Origin: Hemiscyllium ocellatum
Lineage: Eukaryota
NCBI RefSeq assembly: GCF_020745735.1
Contig: NC_083435.1
Coordinates: 37,101,090 to 37,165,089, forward strand
Reading direction: 5' to 3'
Length of the DNA stretch: 64,000 bases
Both the position numbers and the translations under genes were made by a program. Shown in pieces: positions 1-12,051 of the stretch (the first letter of the stretch is position 1; each line of letters begins with the position of its first letter). The notes under the pieces were generated by a model. That model worked only from the letters and a program-made list of their open reading frames with translations, searched no databases and was not told the DNA's origin.

Positions 1-2043
1 GACCAATAAAGGAAAGCGTACGTGACAGGGAGTTGCATGGGAGTCCTCAATATTGACTCTGGATCCTATGAAGTTTCATGGTTTAAAGTTAAATACAGGA
101 AAGGAAACCTCCTGCTGATTAACACCATCCCTACCTCCCTCATCTGATGAATCCATACTCCTTCACATTGAACAATGTAGAATAAACACTGAGATGTACA
201 TAATTTCTTCTGGGTGGGGGATTTCAATGACCATCACCAAGTGTAGCTGATTGAGCTGGTTAAGGTCCCAAAGGAGATAGCTAATAGGCAGGTGATAAGG
301 AAACAAACAAGAGGGAAAAACATACTTGACCTTAATCTGCCAGCCGTACATGCACCTGTCCTTGAATGTATTGGTAAGGGTGACCACTGCAGAGTCCTTG
401 TGGAGACGTCATGTTGAGAATAACCTCCATCATGTTGTGTGGCAATATCCCCACGCTAAATGGGACAGAGTTCAAACTGGGCATCCAGGGGACACTGAGC
501 CATCAACAGCAGCAGAATCGTATTCCACACCTGCTCAGAATTTGCAGCCTCTTTGGTCTGTCACACCACCATCAAGCTAGGGCATCAACCCTAGTTCAAT
601 GGAGAGTGCAGTAGGGTATGCCAGGAGCAGCACCAGACATTTCTAAAAATAAAGGTGTCAACCTGGTGAAGCTACCAAACAGGTCTCCTTGCATGTCAAA
701 TAGCATGAGCAGCAAGTGATCAGCAGAGCTAAGTGATCCACAATGAACAGTCACAATGCATTCATGCCACATCCAGTTGTGAATGATGGTGGACAATTAT
801 ACAACTCACCGGAGGAGGACGCTGCACAAATATCCCTATCCTCAATGATGGAAGAGCCCAGCACATCAGTGCGAAAGGTAAGGCTGAAGCTCTCACAGCA
901 ATCTTCAGCAATAAATACCAAGTGGATGTTCCATCTCGCCACCTCCAGTCGTCCCCAGCATTGCAGACTTTAACCAATTTGATTTACTTCATGTGATAAT
1001 AAGAAATGATCGGAGGCACTGGATACTGCAAAGGCTATGACAACATGCCAGCAATAGTAATGAAGTCGTGTGCTCCCCTAGCCAAGTTGTTCCAGTACAT
1101 CAACAATACAGGCACCTATCGACAATATGAAAAACTGCCAAGGTATGTCCGACACCCAAAAATCAGAGTGAACACAAATCCAACCTGGCCAATAACCGTT
1201 CCATCAGCCTACTCTCAATCATCAGTAAAGTGAAGGAAGGGGTCATCAACAGTGCTATCAAGCAGCACCTACTCAGCAATAACCTGCTCAGTGACACCCA
1301 GTTTGGGTTCCGTCAGGGTCACTCAGCTCCTGACATCTTTCAGCCTTGGATCAAACATGAACTAAAGAGCTGAATTCCAGAGGAGAGGTGAGAGTGACAA
1401 ACCTGTCACTAAACTGAGTGTGGGATCAAGGAGCCCTAGCAAAACTGGAATCAATGTGTATCAGGCGGCATTGAGTGGGTTGGATCAGACCTGGCACACA
1501 GGAATATTGCTATGGTTGTTGATGGTCAGTCATCTCAGATCCAGGACATCTCTGCAGGAGTTCCTCAGGGTCGTGTCCCAGGGGCAACCATCTTCAGCTG
1601 CTTCATCAACGGCCTGCCCCCCATCATAAGGTCATAAGTGGGGATGTTCACAGCTAATTACGCTTTTGTTCATCAGTCAGTGTTCAAGTGCCACAAGATC
1701 TAGACAATATCCAGGCTTGAGCTGACAAGTGGCAAGTAACATTCACACCACACATATGCCAGGCAATGACCATCTCCAATAAGATACAAATCTAAACACG
1801 ATTCTTTGAGATTCAATAATGTTAGCATCACCTGAATATTCCACATCAACATCCTGGGACTTTTCATTGACCAGAACCACATAAACACAGTGGCTACAAG
1901 TTCAGGTCAAAGGCAAGGTATACTTCAGTGACTCCCCTAAGCCGGTCCATCATCTATAGGGCACAAGCCAGGAATATGATGGAATACTCCCCACTTGTTT
2001 GGATGAGTGCAGTTCCAAGGACACTCAAGAAGCTTGATACCAT
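1..2043 (+). mobile_element. Degraded non-LTR retrotransposon (CR1/L2-group LINE) ORF2 remnant
   Basis: Frameshifted endonuclease/RT-like segments; collinear with the better-preserved copy at ~37680-39990 (shared 'agcagcacct(a/g)ctcagcaataacctgctcagtgac', 'aaagagctgaattccaga'). Continues briefly after the LTR-like insert at ~2949. Confidence 0.7.
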
Positions 2044-2948
2044 TATGATGACACTATGGTTTTAAGAGGTTATTAGATTAGATTACTTACAGTGTGGAAA
2101 CAGGCCCTTCGGCCCAACAAGTCCACACCGACCCGCTGAAGCGAAACCCACCCATACCCCTACATTTAGCATAGTCAATTCGCCTGACCCGCACATCTTT
2201 GGACTGTGGGAGGAAACCGGAGCTCCCGGAGGAAACCCACGCAGAAACGGGGAGAACGTGCAAACTCCACACAGTCAGTCGCCTGAGTCAGGAATTGAAC
2301 CCAGGTCTCTGGCGCTGTGAGGCAGCAGTGCTAACCACTGTGCCACCGTGCCGCCCCAAATTTTGCCCTTTTATTTGAAGAGAGGCTTTAGGGCACAGGT
2401 ACCAAGCTGGCTAGTGAAGATCCGTAAACTAAACAACTTGGGATGCCTTGGGGTTTTTAAAAGTTGGAACAATAGAAGCAGCCTGGCTGGGTGTGGCTAG
2501 CTGTCACAGACCAATATTGCTAGTTTTTTTTAGCTTTTAGATTTGACAGAGGCTGGTGGAGTTTTGAAGAAGTAGCAGATATCTTTTCTGTCTCTCAGTT
2601 ACAGCTGAAATCTGGGGTTGCTCTCTGCTGCTGAGTTATCTGGGAGACAGGTAATTTGCCTTTTTGCCAAGGGGTATGTGTATGGGATGCTGCTACACTG
2701 CAACAGTTAATTAGTAATAGTTACTGTATCTATTATTCTGTGAAGTTTTCCAATAGAGTTGTTACTCTAAATTCATCTTTCTTTTGTCGTATTTTAACCA
2801 AAGCCTTTTGCTTAACATTGAGTTGTGTGATCAATGAAGTTTCATCTGGAACACAGCATGTCATATTTTCATTTAAAATAAGAAAAGGCTGGGGTCTAGG
2901 ATACCTTCTTAAAATATTTTGAGGGGATTTGGTTTGGTCCATAACCCC
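2044..2948. mobile_element. Solo-LTR-like element inserted into the LINE, itself interrupted by a SINE
   Basis: Same ~600-bp family recurs at 12052-12669 and 47335-47908, and in the opposite orientation from ~63795; the 12052 copy has TG...CA ends. LINE sequence resumes after it. Confidence 0.55.
2072..2353 (-). mobile_element. tRNA-derived SINE (HE1/V-SINE type)
   Basis: Reverse complement of 'gcacggtggcacagtggttagcactgctgcctcacagcgcc...gggttcaattcc' (A/B-box-like head), V-SINE-type core 'gtgggtttcctccggg.gctccggtttcctcccacagtccaaagatgtgc' and (taatc)n tail. Confidence 0.9.
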
Positions 2949-3129
2949 ATCCAAAGCAGCTGCTTGATTGGCACTACATCCACAACATTCTAAGCAAGAT
3001 GGCGGCAGAGTAGGATACCTCAGCCGGAGCTTCCTCTGTCCCTTTTCTTTTTTTCACCTTTAGCCTTTTCTTTCCTCCTCTCCTCTTGTCTTGGCCTTGT
3101 ACCTCACAGCGTCAGAACTCCAGACCACC

Positions 3130-3965
3130 ATTTTTCCCTCTGGATGCACATGTCGGACAGGAAGTGGGAATGGGAATTGAAATGGGCAATGACCTGGAGG
3201 TCAGGCTGGTCCTTATGGGCCCAGCTGAGATGCTCGGTGAATTGTGCTGTTAGTTTACGTTTGGTCTTGCCAATGTATAGAAGATCACATCAGGAGCACT
3301 CCTTACAGTAAACTAGGTTGGAGGAGAGGTAGGTGAATCCCTGTCTCACGCCAAAGGACTGGATGAAGATGAGCGAAGTAGTGTACTGGCAGGTTTTGCT
3401 TCTTGTACGGTTGCAGGGGAAGGTATGGGGCGGTGAGGTTAGGGAGTTGGTAGGGAGAGAAGTCGTGGGAACCAAGGAGTGACAGAGGAAATGGTCCTTA
3501 CGGAAGACAGAGAGGGGTGGGGAGAGGAAGATATTCTTGGTGGTTGGGTCTCTCAACCAGGCCTGTAAAGGCCGAACTGACTTCCCAGTCACTGCCCATT
3601 TCAGTTCCACCTCCCACTCCCTCTCCAACATGTCTACCCTTGGCCTCCTCCATTGCCACAGTGAATCAGACCACAAACTGGAGGAACAACACTTCCATTG
3701 GGACAGCCCACAGCCAAGGATGACTCAACAACCTTAGCCTTCCTTCCAGTTACGAACCGGATTCATCCCTCCCATTGACCAACCAGGTCATACCCACCAT
3801 CTGTATTCACTTCACCATTCTGCCCCTCTCCCTACCCATAGCCCTCCCTCCTGTACCTGCAGCTCCCCTCGTCCCTATCTCCATTCCTGAAGAACGATTA
3901 CCCCCGAAACGTCCACTTGTGTCCCTCCGGATGTTGCCTGGCTTGCTGGGTTCTTCCAGCCTCAT
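3130..3965. mobile_element. Older Penelope-like fragments in both orientations
   Basis: ORF 3290-3676(-) contains DPTTKNIFLSPPLSVFRKDH, homologous to the 4845-5819 ORF. A + strand GIY-YIG C-terminal fragment and pLTR-like end with a degenerate 'ctgaaga...gaaacgtc' lie at ~3885-3912. Confidence 0.7.
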
Positions 3966-4063
3966 GTAAGTAAAAAATGAGGTCTGCAGATGCTGGAGAT
4001 CACAGCTGAAAATGTGTTGCTGGTTAAAGCACAGCAGGTCAGGCAGCATCTCAGGAATAGGAA

Positions 4064-4099
4064 ATTCGACGTTTCGAGCATAAGCCCTTCTTCAGGAAT
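4064..4099 (-). ncRNA. Minimal type I hammerhead ribozyme motif (mirror copy)
   Basis: Reverse complement of 5953-5988. Confidence 0.6.
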
Positions 4100-5952
4100 G
4101 GGAGAGAGTTTGCCAAGCAGGCTAAGATAAAAGGTAGGGAGGAGGGACTTGGGGGAGGGGCGATGGAGGTGGGATAGGTGGAAGGAGGTCAAGGTGAGGG
4201 TGATAGGCCGGAGTGGGTTGGGGGCGGAGAGGTCAGGAAGGAGGTTGCAGGTTGGGAGGGCGGTGCTGAGTTGAGGGAACTGACTGAGACAAGGTGGGGG
4301 GAGGGGAAATGAGGAAACTGGAGAAATCTGAATTCATTCCTTGTGGTTGGAGGGTTCCCAGGCGGAAGATGAGGCGCTCCTCCTCCAGCCGTCGTGTTGT
4401 TATGTTCTGCCGGTGGAGGAGTCCACGGACCTGCATGTCCTCAGTGGAGTGGGAGGGAGAGTTAAAGTGTTGAGCCACGGGGTGGTTGGGTTGGTTGGTC
4501 CGGGCGGCCCGGAGGTGTTCTCTGAAGCGTTCTGCAAGTAAGCGGCCTGTCTCCCCAATGTAGAGGAGGCCACATCGGGTGCAGCGGATGCAATAGATGA
4601 TGTGTGTGGAGGTACAGGTGAACTTGTGGCGGATATGGAAGGATCCCTTGGGGCCTTGGAGGGAAGTGAGTGTGGAGGTGTGGGCGCAAGTTTTACATTT
4701 CCTGCAGTTGCAGGGGAAGGTGCCGGGAGTGGAGGTTGGGTTGGTGGGGGGTGTGGATCTGACGAGGGAGGCACGGAGGGAGTGGTCCTTGCGGAACGCT
4801 GATAGGGGAGGGGAGGGAAATATGTCCTTGGTGGTGGGGTCATTTTGGAGGTGGCGGAAATGACTCCTTGGTGGTCCCACAGCTACCTGGACTACACTTC
4901 CTCCCACTCTACCCCCTGTAAAAACTCCATCCCATATTCCCAATTCCTTCGTCTCCGCCGCATCTGCTCCCAGGAGGACCAGTTCCAACACCGCACAGCC
5001 CAGATGGCCTCCTTCTTCAAGGACCGCAGATTCCCCCCAGACGTGATCGACGATGCCCTCCACCGCATCTCCTCCACTTCCCGGTCCTCCGCCCTTGAGC
5101 CCCGCTCCTCCAACCGCCACCAAGACAGAACCCCACTGGTTCTCACCTACCACCCCACCAACCTCCGCATACAACGTATCATCCGCCGTCATTTCCGCCA
5201 CCTCCAAACGGACCCCACCACCAAGGATATATTTCCCTCCCCTCCCCTATCAGCGTTCCGCAAGGACCACTCCCTCCGTGCCTCCCTCGTCAGATCCACA
5301 CCCCCCACCAACCCAACCTCCACTCCCGGCACCTTCCCCTGCAACTGCAGGAAATGTAAAACTTGCGCCCACACCTCCACACTCACTTCCCTCCAAGGCC
5401 CCAAGGGATCCTTCCATATCCGCCACAAGTTCACCTGTACCTCCACACACATCATCTTTTGCATCCGCTGCACCCGATGTGGCCTCCTCTACATTGGGGA
5501 GACAGGCCGCTTACTTGCAGAACGCTTCAGAGAACACCTCCGGGCCGCCTGGACCAACCAACCCAACCACCCCGTGGCTCAACACTTTAACTCTCCCTCC
5601 CACTCCACTGAGGACATGCAGGTCCGTGGACTCCTCCACCGGCAGAACATAACAACACGACGGCTGGAGGAGGAGCGCCTCATCTTCCGCCTGGGAACCC
5701 TCCAACCACAAGGAATGAATTCAGATTTCTCCAGTTTCCTCATTTCCCCTCCCCCCACCTTGTCTCAGTCAGTTCCCTCAACTCAGCACCGCCCTCCCAA
5801 CCTGCAACCTCCTTCCTGACCTCTCCGCCCCCAACCCACTCCGGCCTATCACCCTCACCTTGACCTCCTTCCACCTATCCCACCTCCATCGCCCCTCCCC
5901 CAAGTCCCTCCTCCCTATCTTTTATCTTAGCCTGCTTGGCAAACTCTCTCCC

Positions 5953-5988
5953 ATTCCTGAAGAAGGGCTTATGCTCGAAACGTCGAAT
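5953..5988 (+). ncRNA. Minimal type I hammerhead ribozyme motif in the Penelope pLTR
   Basis: attc-CTGAAGA-a-gggc ttat gctc-GAAA-CGTC-gaat: stem I attc/gaat, CUGANGA core, 4-bp stem II, GAAA, palindromic ACGU stem III, UC cleavage site. Matches the known Penelope-associated minimal hammerheads that cleave as dimers. Confidence 0.6.
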
Positions 5989-6208
5989 TTCCTATTCCTG
6001 AGATGCTGCCTGACCTGCTGTGCTTTAACCAGCAACACATTTTCAGCTGTCTTCCAGCCTCCTGGTGGTCTGAAAGATCAGGCTGGCTGTGTAACAGGCG
6101 GCTGATCAAACATCCCCCATTTCAAACTCTCCCCAAGAGACTCACATTCACCCCAGACACACACACAGAGAGAGAGAGGGAGAATGGAAAGCTGAATTCT
6201 GTACTTAC

Positions 6209-6260
6209 CGGGAGAAGCCCGGGAAAAACACAGGGAGATGGAGAGAAGGATCAGCAACAT
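6209..6260 (-). CDS. Leader (signal peptide) exon of a minus-strand MHC class I-like paralog; rest of gene not in window
   Basis: Encodes MLLILLSISLCFSRASP+G, 52 nt, phase 1, followed by a perfect GTAAGT donor. 16/17 aa identical to the leaders at 17352 and 51673, with homologous intron-1 start. Confidence 0.8.
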
Positions 6261-7011
6261 TCTGGGAATCTAGTGACCTTGTTTCCTAAACAGGGAATTG
6301 ATTACTCCGAGGAGAAATAGCTCAACAAAATCATCAAAGACAACTTTCTCGAAGCAGCATTTCATGTTGATCCTCGATCATTTCCTGATTGCAGAAGCAG
6401 AGATCTGGTTAGTCTCAGAGGAACATCCAATTAAAGAGATAAGCAGTCACTCGTCACCAGTTTCTGGGAAAATGTCTCTCAGTCAGGTTACAGTCCGAAA
6501 CAACTTCACACATCGATACTGTCCCCTTCAGGCAGTGCTAAACATCTCCTGTCTCTTCAAGGAGTATTTTACCGAACAGAGAATGTTACCAAGCCACATT
6601 TTCTCATTCCCCACCCTCCGTGTTGCTGAGGGGTAGCCACAGGATGGGCAGGGTCCCTGATTCCTCCCGGGGGAAAGGCTGCAGTGCTCTGACATTGCCT
6701 TCTGCAGGATGTCCTCACTGTGAAGGGTTCCCCTCTCTCACAGACTGCCATCAGGCGGATTGGGAAGATTGATGGGCTGAGAAACAACCGGTTTGGGCAG
6801 GTTACGAGAGTGGGATCAACAAAAGGTGAAATTGCTGGAGAAACTCGACAGGTCTGGCAACATCTTTGGAGAGAGAACAATGTTTAGGTTATGTGTGCAA
6901 TGACCCTTTTTCAGAACGAGCTTATGAAAGACAGATGGAAAGGTGTAGGTAGGGAGTTGGTGAGAGCCCAGCTAACTGAAGGTACAGCACCCAATGTGGG
7001 CTGATGTTGAT

Positions 7012-7290
7012 GTGGGTGGCTCAGTGGCGAGCACAGCTGCCTCATAGAGCCAGGGACCTGAGTTTAATCTCAGCCTCGGGTGACTGTCTGTGTGGAGTTT
7101 GCACATTCTCCCTGTGTCTGTGTGGGTTTCCTCCGATTTCCTCCCACAGTCCAAAGATGTGCAGGTTAGGTGAATTGGTCATGTAAAATTGACCCCTTGT
7201 GTTCAGGGATGTGTAGGTGTGTTAGTCAGTAACAGGATAGGGGCTGTGTAGGCTACTTTTTAGAGGGTAGGGATGGACTTGTTGGGCCCA
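7012..7290 (+). mobile_element. HE1/V-SINE-type SINE (diverged)
   Basis: 'ggtggctcagtgg...cagctgcctcat...tgtgtggagtttgcacattctccctgtgtctgtgtgggtttcc...cccacagtccaaagatgtgc'. Confidence 0.8.
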
Positions 7291-7399
7291 TTGGCCTTGT
7301 CTCCATTCAACAGGATGATGGATAATCTGCCATTTCCTCATAACATTTGACTCCTGAGCTAATCACAACACTATCTATCTCAGACTTGAACTTAAAAGG

Positions 7400-10300
7400 G
7401 AGAAGAACAGACAAAGGAAGCACATGGTGCAGACATTGCAGGAGAGAGAGAGAGAACCTGCACAGTTACTGCCTTTGATGTTTGAATTTGTGTATCGCTG
7501 GATATCAAAGTGCATCTGGGAAAATGATCAAACAGTGAAATTCACAACTAATCTTGGAGGAACTGTTGAGCGAAGTTTACAGCACAGAACCAGATAAGTT
7601 AATCGTTGTTTTAAGTGTGGCCGACAGAGAATCTGCAGTGGTGAGTAGAATGGGTTCTTTCTTGATTATTTGTTTTTGGAGATATGTCTCTTGATTAAAC
7701 TTAAAATATAAGCCTTAGCTATTAATTTAACCCGGGCAGTGTTTGTAGGGGAATATGTCGGTGTTATTTTCTGTGTCTGTAGATTGTGAATGAGCAAAAA
7801 TGGCCTTTAATAGAGTGATAAGTACTTCTTGTCAGATGTGGGAATATAAAGAGAGTTTAAGGGTTATTGCAGAGTATATCTGCCATAAATGCTGTTGGCT
7901 GTGAATCTTATCAGATCGAATGGATCAGTTGGAGAAACGGTTTGAAGCAATAAGGAATTTGGAACAGCAACAGTATGTGATGGATGGCAGTTATAGGAAG
8001 GAGGGAACGTTTCAGATGCAATCACATAGATAGGTTAACTCCAGGAAAGGTAAGAGAGGTAGGCACCTAGTGCAGGAGTCTTTTGTGGATATACCCATTT
8101 CAAACAGGTATGCTGTTTTGGAAAATGTAGGGGGTGATGGCTTCTCAGGGGAACGTAGCACGAACAGCCAAGTTTCTGGTATTGAGACTGGCTCTAATGC
8201 AACGAGGGGTATGTCGGCTTCCAAGAGATCAATTGTGTCAGGGGATTCTGTAGTCCGAGGTACAGACAGACGTTTCTGTGGCCAGCAGCAAAAAATCAAA
8301 ATGGTGTGTTGTTTCCCTGGTGTCAGGATTAAGGATGTCCCAGAGAGGGTGCAGAATGTTCTCATGGGGGACAGGGGTCCAGCAAGAGATCATTGTCCAC
8401 ATTGGAACCAATGACATAGGAAGGGAATGGTTGCAATTCTGAAGGGAGATTACAGAGAATTAGGCAGAAATTTAAAAAGGAGGTCCTCGAGAGTAGTTAT
8501 ATCTGGAATACTCCGGGTGCTACGAGCTAGTGACGGCAGGAGTAGGAGGATACAGCAGATGAATGCATGGCTGAGGAGCTGGTGTATGCGAGAAGGATTC
8601 ACATTTTTGGATCATTGGAATCTCTTTTGGGGTAGAAGTGACTTGTACAAGGACAGGTTGCATCTGAATTGGAAAAGGACTAATATACTGGCAGGGAAAT
8701 TTGCTAGAGCTGCTCGAGAGAATTTAAACAAGTACAATTGGGGGAGGGGGGTGGTGGGGCCCAGAGAGATAGTGAGGAAAGAGATCAATCTGAGTCTGGT
8801 ACAGTTGAGAACAGAAGTGAGTCAAACAGTCAGGGCTGACAAAGACAAGGTAGGACTAATAAATTAAACTGCATTTATTTCAATGCAAGGGGCCTAACAG
8901 GGAAGGCTGATGAACTCAGGGCATGATTAGGAACATGGGACTGGGATATCATAGTAATTACAGAAACATGGCTCAGGGATGGGCAGGACTGGCAGCTTAA
9001 TGTTCCAGAATATAAATGCTACTGGAAGGATAGAAAGGGAGGCAAGAGAGGAGGGGGAGTGGCATTTTTGATAAAGGATAGCATTACAGCTGTGCTGAGT
9101 AAGAATATTCCGGGAAATACATCCAGAGAAGTTATTTGGGTGGAATTGAGAAATAAGAAAGGGATGATAACCTTTTTGGAATTGTATTACAGACCCCCTA
9201 ATAGTCAGAGGGAAATTGAGAAACAAACTTGTAAGGAGATCTCAGCTATCTGTAAGAAATATAGGGTGGTTGTGGTAGGGGATTTTAACTTTCCAAACAT
9301 CGACTGGGACTGCCATAGTGTTAAGGGTCCGTGAAGAGGACTTTATTCAGTGTGTACAAGACAATTTTCTGATTCAGTATGTGGATGTACCTACTAGAGA
9401 AGGTGCAAAACTTGACTTACTCTTGGGAAATAAGGCTGGGCAGGTGACTAGGGTGTCAGTGGGGAGCACTTTGGGGCCAGCGACCATAATTTTATTAGAT
9501 TTAAAATCGTGATGGAAAAGGACAGACCAGATCTAAAAGTTGAAGTTCTAAATTGGAGAAAGACCAATTTTGACGGTATTAGGCAAGAACTTTCAAAAGC
9601 TGATTGGGGGCAGATGTTCGCAGGTAAAGGGACGGCTGGAAAATGGGAAGCCTTCAGAAATAAGATAATGAGAATCCAGAGAAAGTATATTCCTGTCAGG
9701 GTGAAAGGGAAGGCTGGTAGGTATAGGGAATGCTGGATGACTAAAGAAATTGAGGGTTTGGTTCAGAAAGAGAAAGAAACATGTGTCAGGTACAGACAGG
9801 ATAGATTGGGTGAATCCTTAGAAGAGTATAAAGGCAGTAGGAGTATACTTAAGAGGGAAATCAGGAGGGCAAAAAGGGGACATGAGATAGCTTTCGCAAA
9901 TAGAATTAAGGAGAATCCAATGGGTATTTTGAAATACATTAAGGACCAAAGGGTAACTAGGGAGAGAATAGTACCCCTCAAAGATCAGCAAGGCGGCCTT
10001 TGTGTGGAGCCACAGAAAATGGGGGAGATACTAAATGAGTATTTTTGCATCAGTATTTACTGTGGAAAAGGATATGGAAGATACAGACTACAGGGAAATA
10101 GATGGTGACATCTTGCAAAATGTCCAGATTACACAGGAGGAAGTGCTGGCTGTCTTGAAACGGTTAAAGGTGGATAAATCCCCAGGACCTGATCAGGTGT
10201 CCCCGAGAGCTCTGTGGGAAACTGGAGAAGCAATTGCTGGGCCTCTTACTGAGGTACTTGTATCATCGATAGTCACAGGTGATGTGCCGGAAGACTGGAG

Positions 10301-10655
10301 GTTGGCTAATGTGGTGCCACTGTTTAAGAAGGGTGGTAAGGACAAGCCAGAGAACTATAGACCGGTGAGCCTGACCTCGGTGGTGGGAAAGTTGTTGGAG
10401 GGAATCCTGAAGGACAGGATGTACATGCATTTGGAAAGGCAAGGACTGATTCGGGATAGTCAACATGACTTTGTGCGTGAGAAATCATATTTCACAAACT
10501 TGATTGAGTTTTTTGAGGAAGTATCAAAGAAGATTGATGAGGGCAAAGCGGTAGATGTAATCAGTAAGGCGTTCGACAAGGTTCCCTACAGGAGACTGGT
10601 GAGCAGGGTTAGATCTCACCGAATACAGGGAGAACTAGCATTTGGATACAGAACT
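7400..10655 (+). mobile_element. CR1 LINE, 5'-long and 3'-truncated: ORF1 (esterase/SGNH-like) plus ORF2 endonuclease and RT, frameshifted
   Basis: ORF1 motifs GDSVVRG...VCCFPG...LHLN; ORF2 motifs VVVGDFNFPNIDW, KSPGPDQ, NVVPLFKKGGK, NYRPVSLTSVVGKLLE, SKAFDKVP. Confidence 0.9.
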
Positions 10656-10769
10656 GGCCCAAAGATTCTCTGTACCAGACTCTCACCATCAACTCCCATA
10701 CTGGATCCTCTGGAACTAAACGTCCCACACCACTCTCTGTCATTAATCCACTCCATGAAGCCCCCACAC

Positions 10770-10955
10770 CACACTCTTCATTTCTCTCTCTGCACTCCCC
10801 TCCCTCCCCCAGGGTCTGAGTGTCTCCCCTGTGACTGCGTCTTGAATTAGACTCAGTACCAGGAAGAACACCAGGGTCCGTGGGATTCCCAGCCAGCCCA
10901 GGGTTAGCAGTGACTGATACTGACCTGTGACCCATGAATGGCCTTAACTCTCCCA
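10770..10955 (-). other. Paralogous copy of the intron-1 sequence that follows the pseudo-leader at 41872
   Basis: Near-identical to 41370-41537 plus 41812-41835 once the SINE is removed ('aattagact.agtaccaggaagaacaccagggtcc.tgggattcccagccagcc.agggttagcagtgactgat.ctgacctgtgacccatgaatggcc'). Confidence 0.7.
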
Positions 10956-11324
10956 GGTCACATTGAACTGACCCTCAACAACTGCTGATACGAGGACCCA
11001 CAAGCTGCTGAGGGAATGAATTCAACCTTTCTTGGGGAATCATGAAAAATGAACTCAGTCAACAACGGACAATTATTTATTGATGACCAATTACAATTAA
11101 CAGGGTTTATAGTCAGTTTAATGATATATACAGGAAAAGATTATTTTCCCAATTCTATATTAGCTTTCTAAAAATTATGAAAAATTCCGTATTGGATCCA
11201 ATTTACATGATGCATCCTTTCAGTGCAGTCTGCGGCTCTCTGAGCTGCCTCACTACATTTATAATTGTCGGTTATATTTTACAATATACACATCATGTTA
11301 ATCAGACAGCCCCAACATGACCTC

Positions 11325-11545
11325 CCAACTCCTGTACTCTGACCAATAAAGGAAAGCGTACCAAACGCCTTCTTTACTTTCCTATCTACCTGCAACTCTA
11401 CTTTCAAGAAGCTATGAACCTGCACTCCAAGGTCTCTTTGTTCAGCAACACTCCCTAGGACTTTACCATTCAGGTATAAGTCCTGCTAAGATTTGCTTTC
11501 CCAAAATGCAGTACCTCACATTTCTCTGAATTAAACTCCATCTGC
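11325..11545 (-). mobile_element. CR1 ORF2 fragment (duplicated at ~46727-46975)
   Basis: Shared 'catgacctcccaactcctgtactc...ctccaaggtctctttgttcagcaacactccctagg' CR1 RT 3' segment. Confidence 0.75.
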
Positions 11546-11549
11546 TACT

Positions 11550-11790
11550 CCTCAGCCCTCTTTTTGTCAATTGTATGGAAAGCTCCCCATTACCCTTTCC
11601 TTTCACAGTTTATGGGGCCATCTGTCCAATGATCTGCCTGAAGAACATGACTTGGGTTTTTGTGATCTCACTGTTCACCAGGTTTAACACCAAGCACGCC
11701 TTCTGAAGTTGATTGAATAATTCTGAGAGATACTCCAAATGATCCTTCCACATGTGTCTGAAAATGACAAGATCATCCAGTACCTGATGA
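11550..11790 (-). mobile_element. Gypsy RT fragment (Gmr1-like element, copy 1)
   Basis: ORF 11610-11801(-): VLDDLVIFRHMWKDHLEYLSELFNQLQKA, a YxDD-region RT segment; duplicate at 47026-47331. Confidence 0.75.
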
Positions 11791-12051
11791 AGGAGCGGCA
11801 CTCCGAAAACGAGTGTGCTTTACACACTGTCCAGCCAACTCGCCCACTCTATTTAATTTCTCCCTAATATTTATCACGTTGTCCAAATATTTCATCTTTG
11901 AACTCTTGACTCTTCAATATTTCCTGAATTAATTTAAATGGTCCTCCCACCTCATGTCCGAATATTAATTGAAATGGACTGAATTGAGCTGATTTATTAG
12001 GTACATTCCAAATTGTAAAAAAATGTACAAATAGAATTCTGTTCTCTCAGT

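Larger units (their letters stand above)
4002..6050. mobile_element. Young Penelope-like element in inverted configuration (arms 4002-4864 and 5188-6050)
   Basis: ORFs 4845-5819(+) and 4233-5207(-) share a GIY-YIG endonuclease C-terminus (IIY/FCIRCTRCGLLYIGETGRLLAERFREH). The arms are reverse complements with only a handful of mismatches by eye; spacer 323 bp. Confidence 0.9.

Noticed and set aside
4233-5819. Two 324-aa ORFs, the longest in the track, as host genes
   Set aside because: They are the two arms of one Penelope GIY-YIG fragment; the minus-strand ORF's N-terminus is simply the antisense of the spacer.
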